Assembly: GCA_009917695.1 (NCBI GenBank)
Contig: JAACJG010000011.1
Coordinates: forward strand, 1 to 28,996
Reading direction: 5' to 3'
DNA length: 28,996 bases
Source: Candidatus Rifleibacterium amylolyticum
GTDB taxonomy: Bacteria > Muiribacteriota > Ozemobacteria > Ozemobacterales > Ozemobacteraceae
Positions 1 through 9,362 of this stretch are shown here, piece by piece. Within the stretch, counting starts at the first letter, position 1. Each line of letters starts with the position of its first letter. The notes below the pieces were generated by a model. That model was not told the DNA's origin, made no database searches, and saw only the letters and a program-made list of their open reading frames with translations. The translations under genes were made by a program, and so were the position numbers.

Positions 1-104
1 CTTCTAAATTCAAGTGCAGATCCTCTTCCGCCGCGAAGAGCCTTTTTCAGAAACTTTCGTTGTGAATCAGAAAGCTTGACCACAAACTGCTTTTTTCGGC
101 CCAT
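1..104 (-). CDS. IS630-family-like transposase, N-terminal HTH fragment (5' end only; gene runs off window start)
   Basis: Reading the - strand from 104 gives MGRKKQFVVKLSDSQRKFLKKALRGGRGSALEFR..., preceded by a strong SD (aaGGAGGgcatcATG). The 'MGRxK..V.LS..ER..L......(K/R)..A......RARILL' pattern matches the N-terminal HTH of IS630-family transposases. Only about 35 aa are in the window, so the family assignment is tentative. Confidence 0.4.
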   Translation of the reverse strand, partial: MGRKKQFVVKLSDSQRKFLKKALRGGRGSALEFR

Positions 105-188
105 GATGCCCTCCTTCTGGTGCCCTGCTTTAAAAACAGGGTTCAAAGAAGATGATCGCTCAGATAGGAAAAAAGTACAAGCTTTTTC

Positions 189-1082
189 TTGTGCTTCAAC
201 TTTGACAGACCACTAGAGCTTGATGATAACCTTCCGGATATTGTCAGAGGAGATTCCGGCAAGCTCAGGCAGATTCTGGTTAATCTTTTAGATAATGCAA
301 TTAAATTTACTGCTGAAGGTGAAGTTTATCTGCAGGTGACACCAGATTCTGAAGCAGGCAACAGCAACATCAGATTTGAGGTTAGAGACACAGGCATTGG
401 GATTGCAGTCGACAAGCAGGATCTGTTGTTTCAAAGTTTTACACAGATAGACTCGTCAAATACCCGACGCTATGGCGGCAGTGGTCTGGGCCTGGCTATC
501 TCCAAAAAACTTGTACTATTAATGCGTGGACAGCTGTTCGTCCAAAGCGAATTGGGTAAGGGCGCAAGATTCTGGTTTCATATTCCCTTACCAGTCGAAG
601 CTGATAAAGAAAAGGCTGATCATTTTTATAGGCAGGCAAGGTCGCTGTCGGGCAGAATGGTTGCTATCCCTATGCCGGAATTGTCGCAAAAAAGCTGTTA
701 TGCGCTTCTGGCAGAAGACAATCCCGTTAATCAGTATGTTGTCAAAGCAATGCTCGACAAGCTCGGCATATCGGTAGATGTCGTTTCAAACGGACATGAA
801 GCAATTCTGGCGCTGGCACGTCGGCGCTACGATATTCTCCTGCTCGATCTGCAGATGCCGCTTCTTGATGGTTTTGAAACAATCAGACTGGTTCGCAGTA
901 ATACCAATGCTAATTTTAATCGCACAATTCCAGCGATAGCCGTTACAGCCGACGCTTTTTCCGAGACCAGAGAGGCCTGCATTCAGGCTGGCATGAATGA
1001 TTGTCTGGTCAAGCCTTTTCGCATGCACGATCTGAGCAGCATAGTCAAGAAATGGCTTCCTGAAGATATTGCGAATAATTAG
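189..1082 (+). CDS. hybrid sensor histidine kinase, C-terminal fragment (HATPase_c + REC receiver); N-terminally truncated, lacking sensor/HisKA
   Basis: The ORF starts (TTG) exactly at the N-box of HATPase_c (FDRPLELDDNLPDIVRGDSGKLRQILVNLLDNAIKFT) and continues through the G1/G2 boxes (DTGIGI...GGSGLGLAISKKLV). A receiver domain follows (ALLAEDNPVNQYVVKAMLDKLG...DILLLDLQMPLLDG...KP). An in-frame stop lies at 165-167, so no HisKA/H-box exists upstream. Confidence 0.7.
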   Translation: MCFNFDRPLELDDNLPDIVRGDSGKLRQILVNLLDNAIKFTAEGEVYLQVTPDSEAGNSNIRFEVRDTGIGIAVDKQDLLFQSFTQIDSSNTRRYGGSGLGLAISKKLVLLMRGQLFVQSELGKGARFWFHIPLPVEADKEKADHFYRQARSLSGRMVAIPMPELSQKSCYALLAEDNPVNQYVVKAMLDKLGISVDVVSNGHEAILALARRRYDILLLDLQMPLLDGFETIRLVRSNTNANFNRTIPAIAVTADAFSETREACIQAGMNDCLVKPFRMHDLSSIVKKWLPEDIANN

Positions 1083-1188
1083 ATGCCTGTATTGACGCTG
1101 GTTTAGAGATTTTAGTTTGTGAAATTGCTGTTTTGGCAAAAATGAAGAGTAAATTTCTGGCGATTTGCTGTAAATTAATGTTTAAGGC

Positions 1189-1217
1189 TTGACGAATTTG
1201 CGGTCGACTATTACTAT
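1189..1217 (+). promoter_or_regulatory. candidate sigma70 promoter for glnN (TTGACG-N17-TACTAT)
   Basis: TTGACG at 1189-1194, a 17-nt spacer, and TACTAT at 1212-1217, about 45 nt upstream of the glnN ATG. SD 'taaGGGGtatgcATG'. Confidence 0.4.
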
Positions 1218-1262
1218 TAGAAATCTTCCGCAGGATCGCAAATTTTACATTAAGGGGTATGC

Positions 1263-3365
1263 ATGTCGCAGGTAACAAAAATCTTTGGTGAGCTGACGTT
1301 CAATCGTTCAGTAATGCGCGAAAAGCTTAGTCACAATACTTATGAGAGGCTAATATCTACCATTCACTCCGGCAATCCGCTCGATGAATCGATAGCCGAA
1401 CCGGTTGCGCATGCCATGAAGGAGTGGGCGATCGGGGCTGGCGCAACCCACTTCACCCACTGGTTTCAACCGCAGCGCGGCGGAACTGCCGAAAAACATG
1501 ATGCCTTCATTACCTACTCAGAAACCGGCGATATCATCGAAAGATTCTCGGCTAAACAGCTTATTCAGAGCGAGCCCGACGCCTCTTCATTCCCTTCCGG
1601 CGGCATGAGATCTACTTTTGAAGCCCGCGGTTATACGGCCTGGGATCCTACTTCTCCCGCATTTCTGATCGAAACCGATAACGTCAGAACTCTGGTTATT
1701 CCTTCAGTTTTTCTTTCCTGGACAGGCGATGTTCTTGACCTAAAAACACCTTTCTTAAGGTCAATGCGAGCGCTTAATGATGCTGGAATCAGGCTTCAGA
1801 GACTGCTTGGCAATCGTCTGGCCAAGAAAATCGTGGTTAACTGCGGTCCAGAACAGGAATATTTTGTCATATCGAAAAAACTGTATGAAACCAGACAGGA
1901 TCTGCGAATATGTGGAAGAACCCTGTTTGGTGCTGCTCCTGCGAAGGGGCAACAGATGGAAGACCATTATTTTGGCTCGATTCACCCACGTATGATCAAA
2001 TTTATGTCTGAGCTCGATCATCAGCTTTATCGTCGTGGCATTCCCGCCAAGACCAGGCATAATGAAGTCTCACCCAACCAGTTCGAAATTGCACCGCTCT
2101 ATGAAGAGGCAAATCTCGCAATAGACCACAATCTACAGACTATGGATATCATGCGCCAGGTGGCAATGAAGCATGATCTCCATGTAACCATGCATGAAAA
2201 GCCATTTGCCAGAGTTAACGGGTCAGGCAAACATGTAAACTGGTCAATAGGCGACAATACAGGTACCAACTATCTTGAGCCTTCAGCCTCTCCTTTGAAG
2301 AATATATCGTTTTTGCTCACCCTTGGCGCCTTTATGCTGGGTGTTGATAAATTTGGCGGCGTTCTGCGTGCATGTGTTGCAGATGCCGGCAACGATCACC
2401 GACTAGGTGCAAGCGAAGCGCCGCCGGCGATCATGTCTATCTATCTTGGTGAATATCTCACCCGTTTGATCGATGAGATCGAAAGAATGGGCAAGCCTAC
2501 AGAGCAGGTTATGGCCAATATAAACATGGGTGTGCGCAATCTGCCAAGAATATCCAAAGACTACTCCGACAGGAATCGCACTTCGCCAATTGCGTTTACC
2601 GGCAACAAATTTGAATTCAGAGCGGTAGGGTCGTCTCAGAATCCTTCTGAGGCAGCAACTTTGCTCAATCAAATCTGTACCTACGGGTTTTATACGATTG
2701 AAAAGAGACTGTCACAGCATAAAGAAAAAGATATTCGCGAAAGCGCACTGCTGGTTCTTAAGGATGTTTTCAGAGAAACCCGGCGCGTCAGATTTGAGGG
2801 AAATGGCTATTCTGATGAATGGCATAAACAGGCAGAAAAATTGGGTCTGCCGAATGCCAGAAATACACCTACAGCACTGAATGCTTATCTTGAGCCAGAA
2901 GCGATCGAACTCATGGAAAAGACTCATGTTCTGAGTGAGCGAGAGGTTTGTGCCAAGGTCGAGATCAAGCTTGAAAACTATATTAAAACAAAAGAAATCG
3001 AATATCGCACAGCGGTAAATATCGCGAGAACTCAGATTTTACCAGCTCTTGTAAAACAGATAAACTCTGTGGCTTCAGCCGCCGCCGCCGCCAAAGCCGC
3101 TGGAGCTGGTTCAAAAGTCTTAAGCGCCGAAGTTAAGAAGTTTGACGCCTTCTATTCTGATATTCAGCAGCACGCCGACAAGTTGGAAGCGATTCTTGAA
3201 AAGGCAGACAAACAGGACAATCATCATAAAAAAGCGGAATTTCTGGCCGAAGCTGGTGAGAAAGCTCTTGAACAGTTACGGGTGGTGGTTGATAATGCCG
3301 AAGAGTCGGTTGCCCATGAATTCTGGCCAATGGCCAAATATCAGGAACTGCTGACAGTTCTTTAA
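1263..3365 (+). CDS. glnN: glutamine synthetase type III (GSIII)
   Basis: A 700-aa protein with a GS catalytic core (NEVSPNQFEIAP, HEKPF, NGSGKHVNWS) and the GSIII-typical N- and C-terminal extensions. Its length matches the ~700-730 aa GlnN family. ATG start with SD. Confidence 0.85.
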   Translation: MSQVTKIFGELTFNRSVMREKLSHNTYERLISTIHSGNPLDESIAEPVAHAMKEWAIGAGATHFTHWFQPQRGGTAEKHDAFITYSETGDIIERFSAKQLIQSEPDASSFPSGGMRSTFEARGYTAWDPTSPAFLIETDNVRTLVIPSVFLSWTGDVLDLKTPFLRSMRALNDAGIRLQRLLGNRLAKKIVVNCGPEQEYFVISKKLYETRQDLRICGRTLFGAAPAKGQQMEDHYFGSIHPRMIKFMSELDHQLYRRGIPAKTRHNEVSPNQFEIAPLYEEANLAIDHNLQTMDIMRQVAMKHDLHVTMHEKPFARVNGSGKHVNWSIGDNTGTNYLEPSASPLKNISFLLTLGAFMLGVDKFGGVLRACVADAGNDHRLGASEAPPAIMSIYLGEYLTRLIDEIERMGKPTEQVMANINMGVRNLPRISKDYSDRNRTSPIAFTGNKFEFRAVGSSQNPSEAATLLNQICTYGFYTIEKRLSQHKEKDIRESALLVLKDVFRETRRVRFEGNGYSDEWHKQAEKLGLPNARNTPTALNAYLEPEAIELMEKTHVLSEREVCAKVEIKLENYIKTKEIEYRTAVNIARTQILPALVKQINSVASAAAAAKAAGAGSKVLSAEVKKFDAFYSDIQQHADKLEAILEKADKQDNHHKKAEFLAEAGEKALEQLRVVVDNAEESVAHEFWPMAKYQELLTVL

Positions 3366-3376
3366 ACATCCATTAA

Positions 3377-3410
3377 ATCTCCAATACAGAAATGTATTGG
3401 AGATTTTTTA
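3377..3410. terminator. bidirectional rho-independent terminator between convergent glnN and adenylate cyclase genes
   Basis: Perfect 12-bp stem ATCTCCAATACA / TGTATTGGAGAT with a GAAA loop, followed by TTTTTTA on the + strand. The stop codon of the - strand cyclase (3408-3410) lies inside the T-tract. Confidence 0.7.
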
Positions 3411-5012
3411 ATTTCCATCGTCCTTCAGTAATGCATGGAGTTTATACAGATTTTGAGTGGCAGCGCCTTTTATTTCTACATTTGGCATCATGCTGAATTT
3501 AAAAGAATCCAAAGGCAATTGATTAAACGTCGTTTCATCAACGATTATTTCGTTACTCTCTGCCAACTTTTCGATGCGCGCTGCCAGATTAACTGTCTCG
3601 CCGATCGCAGTGTATTCCATGCGGTTTTTTGAGCCAAAATTTCCGACAACCGCCTCACCGGTTGAAATTGAAATACTCAGGCCGAGGGAACATCCGGCCG
3701 GGAGTTTAACGAGCGTCATGAATCGGGAAAACTCCTCCTGCAACCTGAACGCAGTATAGACTGAGCGCAAGGTGTCATCATGTCCGGTTTTGGGTGCGCC
3801 AAACAGAACGAGAATCCCGTCACCCATGAATTTGTCGATATGTCCGCCATTCTTCTCAATGAGAGTACAGGCCCGCTCAAACCAGGTGTTAAGTAAGGTC
3901 ACCACTCCTTCTATCGGAATTGTGCCGCTCAAGCGGGTAAAGCCTCGTAGGTCTGCCATCATTACTGAAATTTTGGCCTTTTTGCCGCCCAGAGCCATAT
4001 TCGCTTGATTATCGATTATGTTTCTGGCGACATCTCCTGACACATATTTGCCCAGAGCACTTTCCACTTTTTCGCTTTTTTGCACGGCCTTATCAAGAAG
4101 TTGACGGCAGATAAGGTTGGTTTGGCAGTTTTCGAATGCTGATCCAAGGACATACGCGAAAGCGGCAAAATGGGCAGGATCAAGATATTTGCGATTCTCT
4201 TCCTTCTGTCGAAAAACTACCACCAGACCGGTAACAATCTTATCCGCACTCAACGGCATGGCGGCCAGAGCATCAATTGACGACTCAGGAATCATGTTTT
4301 TGAGTGTGCGAAGGCTTGTTTTGCCGCCAATCAGGCTCAACATGCCCTTGCCGGGATCGTAACTATGCTTGCGCCAGAAATCAGGTTGAACCAGTATCGG
4401 CGGAAAATTTCTGTCAGGCTCGGTTCCCGGTTTAAAGCTGGGAATCAATAGATTTTTTTCATGGTCGGCCAGATATATTATCGCTTTATCTGCCTTGAAA
4501 AACTCCTCAAGCACATGGTAAGCCTGAGACAATACTCTGTTCTTGTCTCTGAGACAGCCGAGAAGGCTGAAATACAGGAGTTTTTGCATATACAGCTCAT
4601 CTGCTTCCCTTAAATCGGCTTTAAGACTTTTAACCCGGGATTCAGATATATAATTCTGAGCGAGTTGCCAGTAGAAGTAGAAAAAAATGGCAGAAATAAT
4701 TACGTGTCCGAGCATGCCTCCAAAAAACAGGCCGGGCGACTTGAAATGCACTGCGAAAATCAGCAGTAATAGAAGATTTGGTATCTGTACGGCTGCGGCA
4801 ATTATAAAGAAATGCTCGATCTCTTTAAGACAGAGTATGAGCAGCATTATGGTCAGAAGCAGATTTCTGGTGCCGTATGCCAGGGTTTGCGAAGAAATGA
4901 ACCAGGCATCGGTCAACGCAAGCAGTATTGCCACTCCAGCGAAGATTCCGAAATGCAAAGATCGCACAAGACTTTTAATCGAGTCAGTAAGCTTTCCCAT
5001 TGGTCTGGTCAC
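3408..5012 (-). CDS. membrane-anchored class III adenylate/guanylate cyclase (multi-TM N-terminus, GAF-like middle region, CHD catalytic domain)
   Basis: The N-terminal ~150 aa are hydrophobic (several TM helices). The C-terminus carries cyclase homology domain motifs: VMMADLRGFTRLS, DKFMGDGILVLFGAP, EYTAIGETVNLAARIE. GTG start. Confidence 0.8.
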   Translation of the reverse strand: MTRPMGKLTDSIKSLVRSLHFGIFAGVAILLALTDAWFISSQTLAYGTRNLLLTIMLLILCLKEIEHFFIIAAAVQIPNLLLLLIFAVHFKSPGLFFGGMLGHVIISAIFFYFYWQLAQNYISESRVKSLKADLREADELYMQKLLYFSLLGCLRDKNRVLSQAYHVLEEFFKADKAIIYLADHEKNLLIPSFKPGTEPDRNFPPILVQPDFWRKHSYDPGKGMLSLIGGKTSLRTLKNMIPESSIDALAAMPLSADKIVTGLVVVFRQKEENRKYLDPAHFAAFAYVLGSAFENCQTNLICRQLLDKAVQKSEKVESALGKYVSGDVARNIIDNQANMALGGKKAKISVMMADLRGFTRLSGTIPIEGVVTLLNTWFERACTLIEKNGGHIDKFMGDGILVLFGAPKTGHDDTLRSVYTAFRLQEEFSRFMTLVKLPAGCSLGLSISISTGEAVVGNFGSKNRMEYTAIGETVNLAARIEKLAESNEIIVDETTFNQLPLDSFKFSMMPNVEIKGAATQNLYKLHALLKDDGN

Positions 5013-5037
5013 CAGAGTATTTCTTGAGTATCAGCTG

Positions 5038-5068
5038 ATTATATACATCATTTTAACCAGATTGGCAA
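5038..5068 (-). promoter_or_regulatory. candidate sigma70 promoter for adenylate cyclase gene (TTGCCA-N17-TATATAAT)
   Basis: On the - strand: TTGCCA (reverse complement of 5063-5068), a 17-nt spacer, and TATATAAT (reverse complement of 5038-5045), about 25 nt upstream of the GTG start at 5012. Confidence 0.45.
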
Positions 5069-5203
5069 TTCGAATTCGCTTTTGAACAGGTTTCAAGCGG
5101 GATGTCGTGTTTATAGCAGATTTCTAACTAATCTTGAGACTATCTAACCGGCTCAAATTTTGTTATCATCGATGATCAGCCAATACTAACAGGAATCACA
5201 ATT

Positions 5204-5764
5204 ATGGATATGACTATACTGCTGACCGGACTGGCAGTGTTTATGGCAAGGATTGTCGATGTTTCAGTCGGCACCATACGCATTATCAGTATTGTTAATG
5301 GTCGCATCAAGACTGCTTTCGTGCTTGGTTTCATCGAAGTCAGTATCTGGTTGCTGGTGATCTCAACGGTGTTGGGCAAAATTAATGAAAGTCCATTTAT
5401 CGCGATATTTTATGCTCTCGGTTACGCTTCAGGTAACGTTGTCGGGATTCTTATCGAAAAACGTATTTCTATGGGAAACTCGATGCTGAGAATCATCAGC
5501 CTTGAGAAAGGTATTGAGCTGGCGACGGAATTCAGGCGTCTTGGTTTTCAGGTAATGACTTTTGACGGCATTGAATCTGATCGCGCGGTCAAAGAAATCG
5601 AAATTCCCTGTCGTCGCAAAGATATCGATCAGCTTGTGGCAATCGCAAGAAAAATAGAGCCAGATGCATTTTTTGTGACCGCCAATATCGGAGTCGGGCC
5701 AAAGATAAGGCATCCGGTAATGCAGCCGCCAAGCGGCTGGCGCGCTATTTTTAAGCGCAAGTAG
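5204..5764 (+). CDS. DUF2179 / UPF0316 family small membrane protein
   Basis: 186 aa with an N-terminal membrane helix (ILLTGLAVFMARIVDVSVGTIRIISIVNGR) and a second hydrophobic segment. The soluble C-terminal domain resembles UPF0316 proteins such as B. subtilis YebE-like. Confidence 0.6.
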   Translation: MDMTILLTGLAVFMARIVDVSVGTIRIISIVNGRIKTAFVLGFIEVSIWLLVISTVLGKINESPFIAIFYALGYASGNVVGILIEKRISMGNSMLRIISLEKGIELATEFRRLGFQVMTFDGIESDRAVKEIEIPCRRKDIDQLVAIARKIEPDAFFVTANIGVGPKIRHPVMQPPSGWRAIFKRK

Positions 5765-5770
5765 TATTTG

Positions 5771-6418
5771 TCAGCGAACACCTGATTTAGCCAGTAATTG
5801 CTTCAGATCTTCGATTATTGCCCGGTAAGGGCGGAGTATTTTATGCCCGGCTGCTGTCTGCCCGGTATTCTGGCTTTTGATGAGCAAGTCGAGATCGGCT
5901 ATTTCTCTGGTTAACCATTCTCTTATTGCACGCAGTGTCTGCGCTGACAACTCCTCTATCAATAATTTTCTCGCCAGCTGATATTCAGCAAAGTGTCTGG
6001 CGACAAAACTTAAACCAAGGCGATAATAGTCTTCTTCGAGCAATTGTGGGTGCCCGGCAGCAAGCGCAGTCAGCTCATACTGCAGCGCGACTGCTCTCAT
6101 AAAATCCTCATGTTTCTGCCCGGTCAGCTCTATACCTGATTCAAGTCGCCAGATCGTGCTTTCGACAACACCTGCGAGATGGTCGAGGTCTTTCTGCACA
6201 GACGCACAAACTGGAGCGATGGCAAGTATCATTAATAGCACGCATGCAATCAGACTGGTGAATAGTGAATTGTTGAAGAAATCAGGCTTTCCATGAGATT
6301 GCTTTGCCGCTACGCTCCTCGCAATGACTGATTTAAGCAATATTGAGTCCTCTTCTGATGCAGAGCTTGAGGTGTCGATAAGAATTGCCGGCTTTACCAT
6401 ATGGGCGTGGCTGCTCAT
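5771..6418 (-). CDS. hypothetical single-pass membrane protein, translationally coupled (ATGA overlap) to cca
   Basis: 215 aa with one predicted TM helix (SLFTSLIACVLLMILAIAPVCA) and no recognisable domain. Its start overlaps the cca stop (6415-6418). Confidence 0.5.
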   Translation of the reverse strand: MSSHAHMVKPAILIDTSSSASEEDSILLKSVIARSVAAKQSHGKPDFFNNSLFTSLIACVLLMILAIAPVCASVQKDLDHLAGVVESTIWRLESGIELTGQKHEDFMRAVALQYELTALAAGHPQLLEEDYYRLGLSFVARHFAEYQLARKLLIEELSAQTLRAIREWLTREIADLDLLIKSQNTGQTAAGHKILRPYRAIIEDLKQLLAKSGVR

Positions 6419-7902
6419 TGTTCAAGCAGTTTTGCGGCTCTGGCCAGGGCTTCTTCACGCGTGCTGATTTCGCCTAAAAACTGTGCCTCTTCGAGGGCTT
6501 CGAGGATTCTTCTGAATTCAGGGCCTGGTTTGAGTTTGAAATGTTTAATCAGGTCGTTACCGTTGAGAAAAGGGGCTAGTTTTGGCCTTTTGAGCTGTTC
6601 GTAAAATGCCTGCATGATTTTCATTATGCCGATTTCGAATTCTGCCATTTCCTCGGTGCTGAGAGTGCCCTGGGCGGAGCAGCGGTCAGCCAGCGAGAGC
6701 AGGGCTATGCCCAGGCCGTCCCGGCCGGTTTCTGAGAAAAAACGAAACAGACGCTTATCAGTAATACCCTGCTGCAGCATGACGCCAGGGCGCATGTGAT
6801 TTTTTACCAGAAGCTGCAGATACTGGCTTTCGTTGACCGAGAGCCTGAGGTTTTCGCTGATTTCTCGGGTTATGCGCACGCCTTCCATTTCATGACCATG
6901 AAAAATCACGCGGCCAGAATCTGCATCAACTCTGCGACAATCAGGTTTTCCGAGATCATGCAGCAGGCTGCTAAGCTTGAGAAGCTGGCGGTAGGTGCGG
7001 TTTCCAGAAAGATTCTCGTCAAGATATCTGATGAAGGCCGGCCACCATTCGGGCCGATCATCTGCGACAAGCAGCAGTTTTTCAAGGTTTTCGAGAGTCA
7101 GCAGGCTGTGTTCAAATACATCGAGGTGGTGCCACTCGTTCTGCTCGACGCCAGCACAGGCGGCGAGCTGTGGAAAAATCACCGGTAAAATACCGGTTTC
7201 GTGCATAATTCTGATCCAGTGCGTGCTGTTATCGACCTGGAAAACTTTGAAAAGTTCGTCGCGTATGCGCTCACCAGAAACGCCTTTGAGCAGCGGTGCC
7301 TGGTCAACTATCATTTTATACAGCTGTTCAGAAAAGCTTGCATTGAAAAGCGCAGAGAATCTGAATGCCCGCATCAGTCGCAGCGGATCATCGGTAAACA
7401 GATGGTCTGAGCAGGGTATGATCAGACCCTGCTTCAGGTGCTCACAGCCACAAAGTGGATCGTATAATTCTAATTCACTCCCGGCTTTGCCCCCTTGTCT
7501 CGTTTGTTGTGGCTTATCTTCAGGCATTGTGAGCCGGGCAGCGATGGCGTTAATGGTAAAGTCGCGTGCGCGCAGATCAGCATCTATGTCTTCAGCCCTG
7601 AACATTGAGATGTCAAAGGTATAATGTTGATCATCAAAAGATCTTACCACCCTGACGACCTTGCGCTCTTCGTCGAGTACTACGAAACCGGCGCCAGTTT
7701 TTCGCGCGTATTCACGCGCGGCCGGTATCGGGTTAAAGCTGGTGGCGAGATCAAGATCTGGCAGGGCAGTCTGTCCCTGCAACAGGTCGCGTATACTGCC
7801 GCCCACCAGCCATACCTCATGGTCTGCTGCCGGGCGCAGAAAGTACAGAATCTCCCGCAGCATCATGGTTTCGATGTGCGGGAGATTTACTGTAATTGTC
7901 AT
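6415..7902 (-). CDS. cca: CCA-adding tRNA nucleotidyltransferase / poly(A) polymerase family protein with HD domain
   Basis: Class II nucleotidyltransferase head motif (LVGGSIRDLLQG...DLDLATS), RxD motifs (FTINAIA) and a C-terminal HD-domain-like region (HDLGK). Sits 8 nt downstream of gcvPB. Confidence 0.8.
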   Translation of the reverse strand: MTITVNLPHIETMMLREILYFLRPAADHEVWLVGGSIRDLLQGQTALPDLDLATSFNPIPAAREYARKTGAGFVVLDEERKVVRVVRSFDDQHYTFDISMFRAEDIDADLRARDFTINAIAARLTMPEDKPQQTRQGGKAGSELELYDPLCGCEHLKQGLIIPCSDHLFTDDPLRLMRAFRFSALFNASFSEQLYKMIVDQAPLLKGVSGERIRDELFKVFQVDNSTHWIRIMHETGILPVIFPQLAACAGVEQNEWHHLDVFEHSLLTLENLEKLLLVADDRPEWWPAFIRYLDENLSGNRTYRQLLKLSSLLHDLGKPDCRRVDADSGRVIFHGHEMEGVRITREISENLRLSVNESQYLQLLVKNHMRPGVMLQQGITDKRLFRFFSETGRDGLGIALLSLADRCSAQGTLSTEEMAEFEIGIMKIMQAFYEQLKRPKLAPFLNGNDLIKHFKLKPGPEFRRILEALEEAQFLGEISTREEALARAAKLLEQ

Positions 7903-7910
7903 CAGCCAGG

Positions 7911-9362
7911 TTATTCGGGTTTCTGGAAGTAGTTTATATCGGGTTTGCGGGCAGCCGTAGCTTCGTCAAGGCGGCGCACCGGCGTTTTTGTCGGCGCATT
8001 CTTGAGGTTGTCAGGGTTTTCGGCAGCTTCGCGCGCAATCATTTCCATGGCTTCGCAGAAACAGTCAAGCGTGCCCTTGCTTTCGGTTTCGGTTGGTTCG
8101 ATCATCATCGATTCTTCGACGATCATCGGGAAATACACGGTAGGTGCGTGAAATCCGAAATCAAGCAGGCGCTTGGCAACGTCGAGGGTCTTGACGCCGT
8201 GTCTGGCGAGACCTTTTCCCGACAATACGAATTCATGCTTGCAGAAGCGATCGTAAGGCAGATCGAAGGTCTTTTTGAGGCGCTGCATCATGTAGTTAGC
8301 GTTAAGAACCGCATAGGCAGAGACATTTTTGAGACCTTCGCGGCCGTTGACCAGAATGTAGGCAAAGGCGCGCACGAGCACGAGGAAATTGCCGAGCGAT
8401 CCGAGTACCGGGCCGACCGACTCGCGGCATTTGGTCTGCAGGCGGTATTTTTTGCCGTCGAACTGAATGCGCGGGTTGGGCAGAAAGGCCTCGAGATGCT
8501 TCTTGACGCCGACCGGGCCGGCGCCGGGGCCGCCGCCGCCGTGTGGAGTTGAGAAGGTCTTGTGCAGATTGAGATGCACGATGTCGAATCCCATGTCGCC
8601 CGGGCGGGTCCAGCCCATGATGGCATTGAGATTGGCGCCGTCATAGTAGACGAGGCCGTCGACCGAATGCACCAGGTGAGCGAGTTCACCGATATTTTCG
8701 TCGAACAGGCCGAGTGTGTTGGGGTTGGTGATCATCAGACCGGCGATATCGGGGCCGAGTTTCGATTTGAGGTCTTCGATATCGACGCCGCCGCGCGGGT
8801 CGGACTTGATGTTTACGACTTCGTAGCCGACCATCGAGCACGACGCCGGGTTGGTGCCGTGGCCGCTGTCAGGAATCATGATTTTGGTCTTGTGATTGCC
8901 TTTTTTGCGGTGATAAGCCTTCATGATCAGCAGGCCGGTGAGTTCGCCATGGGCGCCGGCAGCTGGCTGCAGCGTGATGGCATCCATGCCGGTAATTTCT
9001 GCAAGCGACTCTTCAAGGGTCTTGAGCATCTGCAGGGCGCCCTGCACACTCTCTTCAGGCTGCTGCGGGTGCAGGTTGGCAAATCCCGGCAAACGCGCCA
9101 TGTTTTCGTTAACCTTGGGGTTATACTTCATGGTGCAGGAACCGAGCGGGTAAAAGCCGATATCGACGCTGTGATTCAGTCGCGAAAGGCGTGTGAAATG
9201 CCGAACTACATCGAGTTCAGACATCGACGGCAGCGGCAGTTCTTCACGCAGAAAGCGGGCCGGAATATGGTCAGCTGGATCGACTTCAGGAACATCGAGC
9301 GCCGGCAGCGTAAAGCCGCGGCAGCCATCTTTCGACAGGTCAAAAATCAAGGGTTCAGCCAT
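7911..9362 (-). CDS. gcvPB: glycine dehydrogenase (decarboxylating) subunit 2, C-terminal half of the P-protein
   Basis: A 483-aa PLP-fold protein of typical GcvPB length and motifs ([18 protein letters not shown]). Overlaps gcvPA by 8 nt. Confidence 0.9.
   Translation of the reverse strand: MAEPLIFDLSKDGCRGFTLPALDVPEVDPADHIPARFLREELPLPSMSELDVVRHFTRLSRLNHSVDIGFYPLGSCTMKYNPKVNENMARLPGFANLHPQQPEESVQGALQMLKTLEESLAEITGMDAITLQPAAGAHGELTGLLIMKAYHRKKGNHKTKIMIPDSGHGTNPASCSMVGYEVVNIKSDPRGGVDIEDLKSKLGPDIAGLMITNPNTLGLFDENIGELAHLVHSVDGLVYYDGANLNAIMGWTRPGDMGFDIVHLNLHKTFSTPHGGGGPGAGPVGVKKHLEAFLPNPRIQFDGKKYRLQTKCRESVGPVLGSLGNFLVLVRAFAYILVNGREGLKNVSAYAVLNANYMMQRLKKTFDLPYDRFCKHEFVLSGKGLARHGVKTLDVAKRLLDFGFHAPTVYFPMIVEESMMIEPTETESKGTLDCFCEAMEMIAREAAENPDNLKNAPTKTPVRRLDEATAARKPDINYFQKPE

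Noticed and set aside
1083-1262. Sigma-54 (TGGCAC-N5-TTGCA) promoter or glutamine (glnA RNA) riboswitch upstream of glnN
   Set aside because: The only GG/GC pair (ctGGcgatttGCtg) has the wrong spacing for -24/-12. No GGAAGGACG-type glutamine-riboswitch core is present. A plain sigma70-like TTGACG-N17-TACTAT is the better explanation.
526-1278. Small ORFs 526-777 (+), 786-1139 (-) and 1045-1278 (-)
   Set aside because: They overlap the histidine kinase receiver-domain coding frame or the glnN promoter region. They have no SD or domain content and are out-of-frame artefacts.
3081-3110. GCC-rich repeat (gccgccgccgccaaagccgctggagctgg) inside glnN
   Set aside because: It encodes an in-frame Ala/Gly-rich linker (SAAAAAKAAGAG) within GSIII. 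It is a simple codon repeat, not a regulatory or mobile feature.
6995-7624. 209-aa + strand ORF antisense to cca; also 12959-13438, 15625-16020 and 16604-17143 antisense to gcvT, the aminotransferase and folD
   Set aside because: Same reasoning: embedded in conserved genes, Ser/Arg-rich composition, and no ribosome-binding sites.
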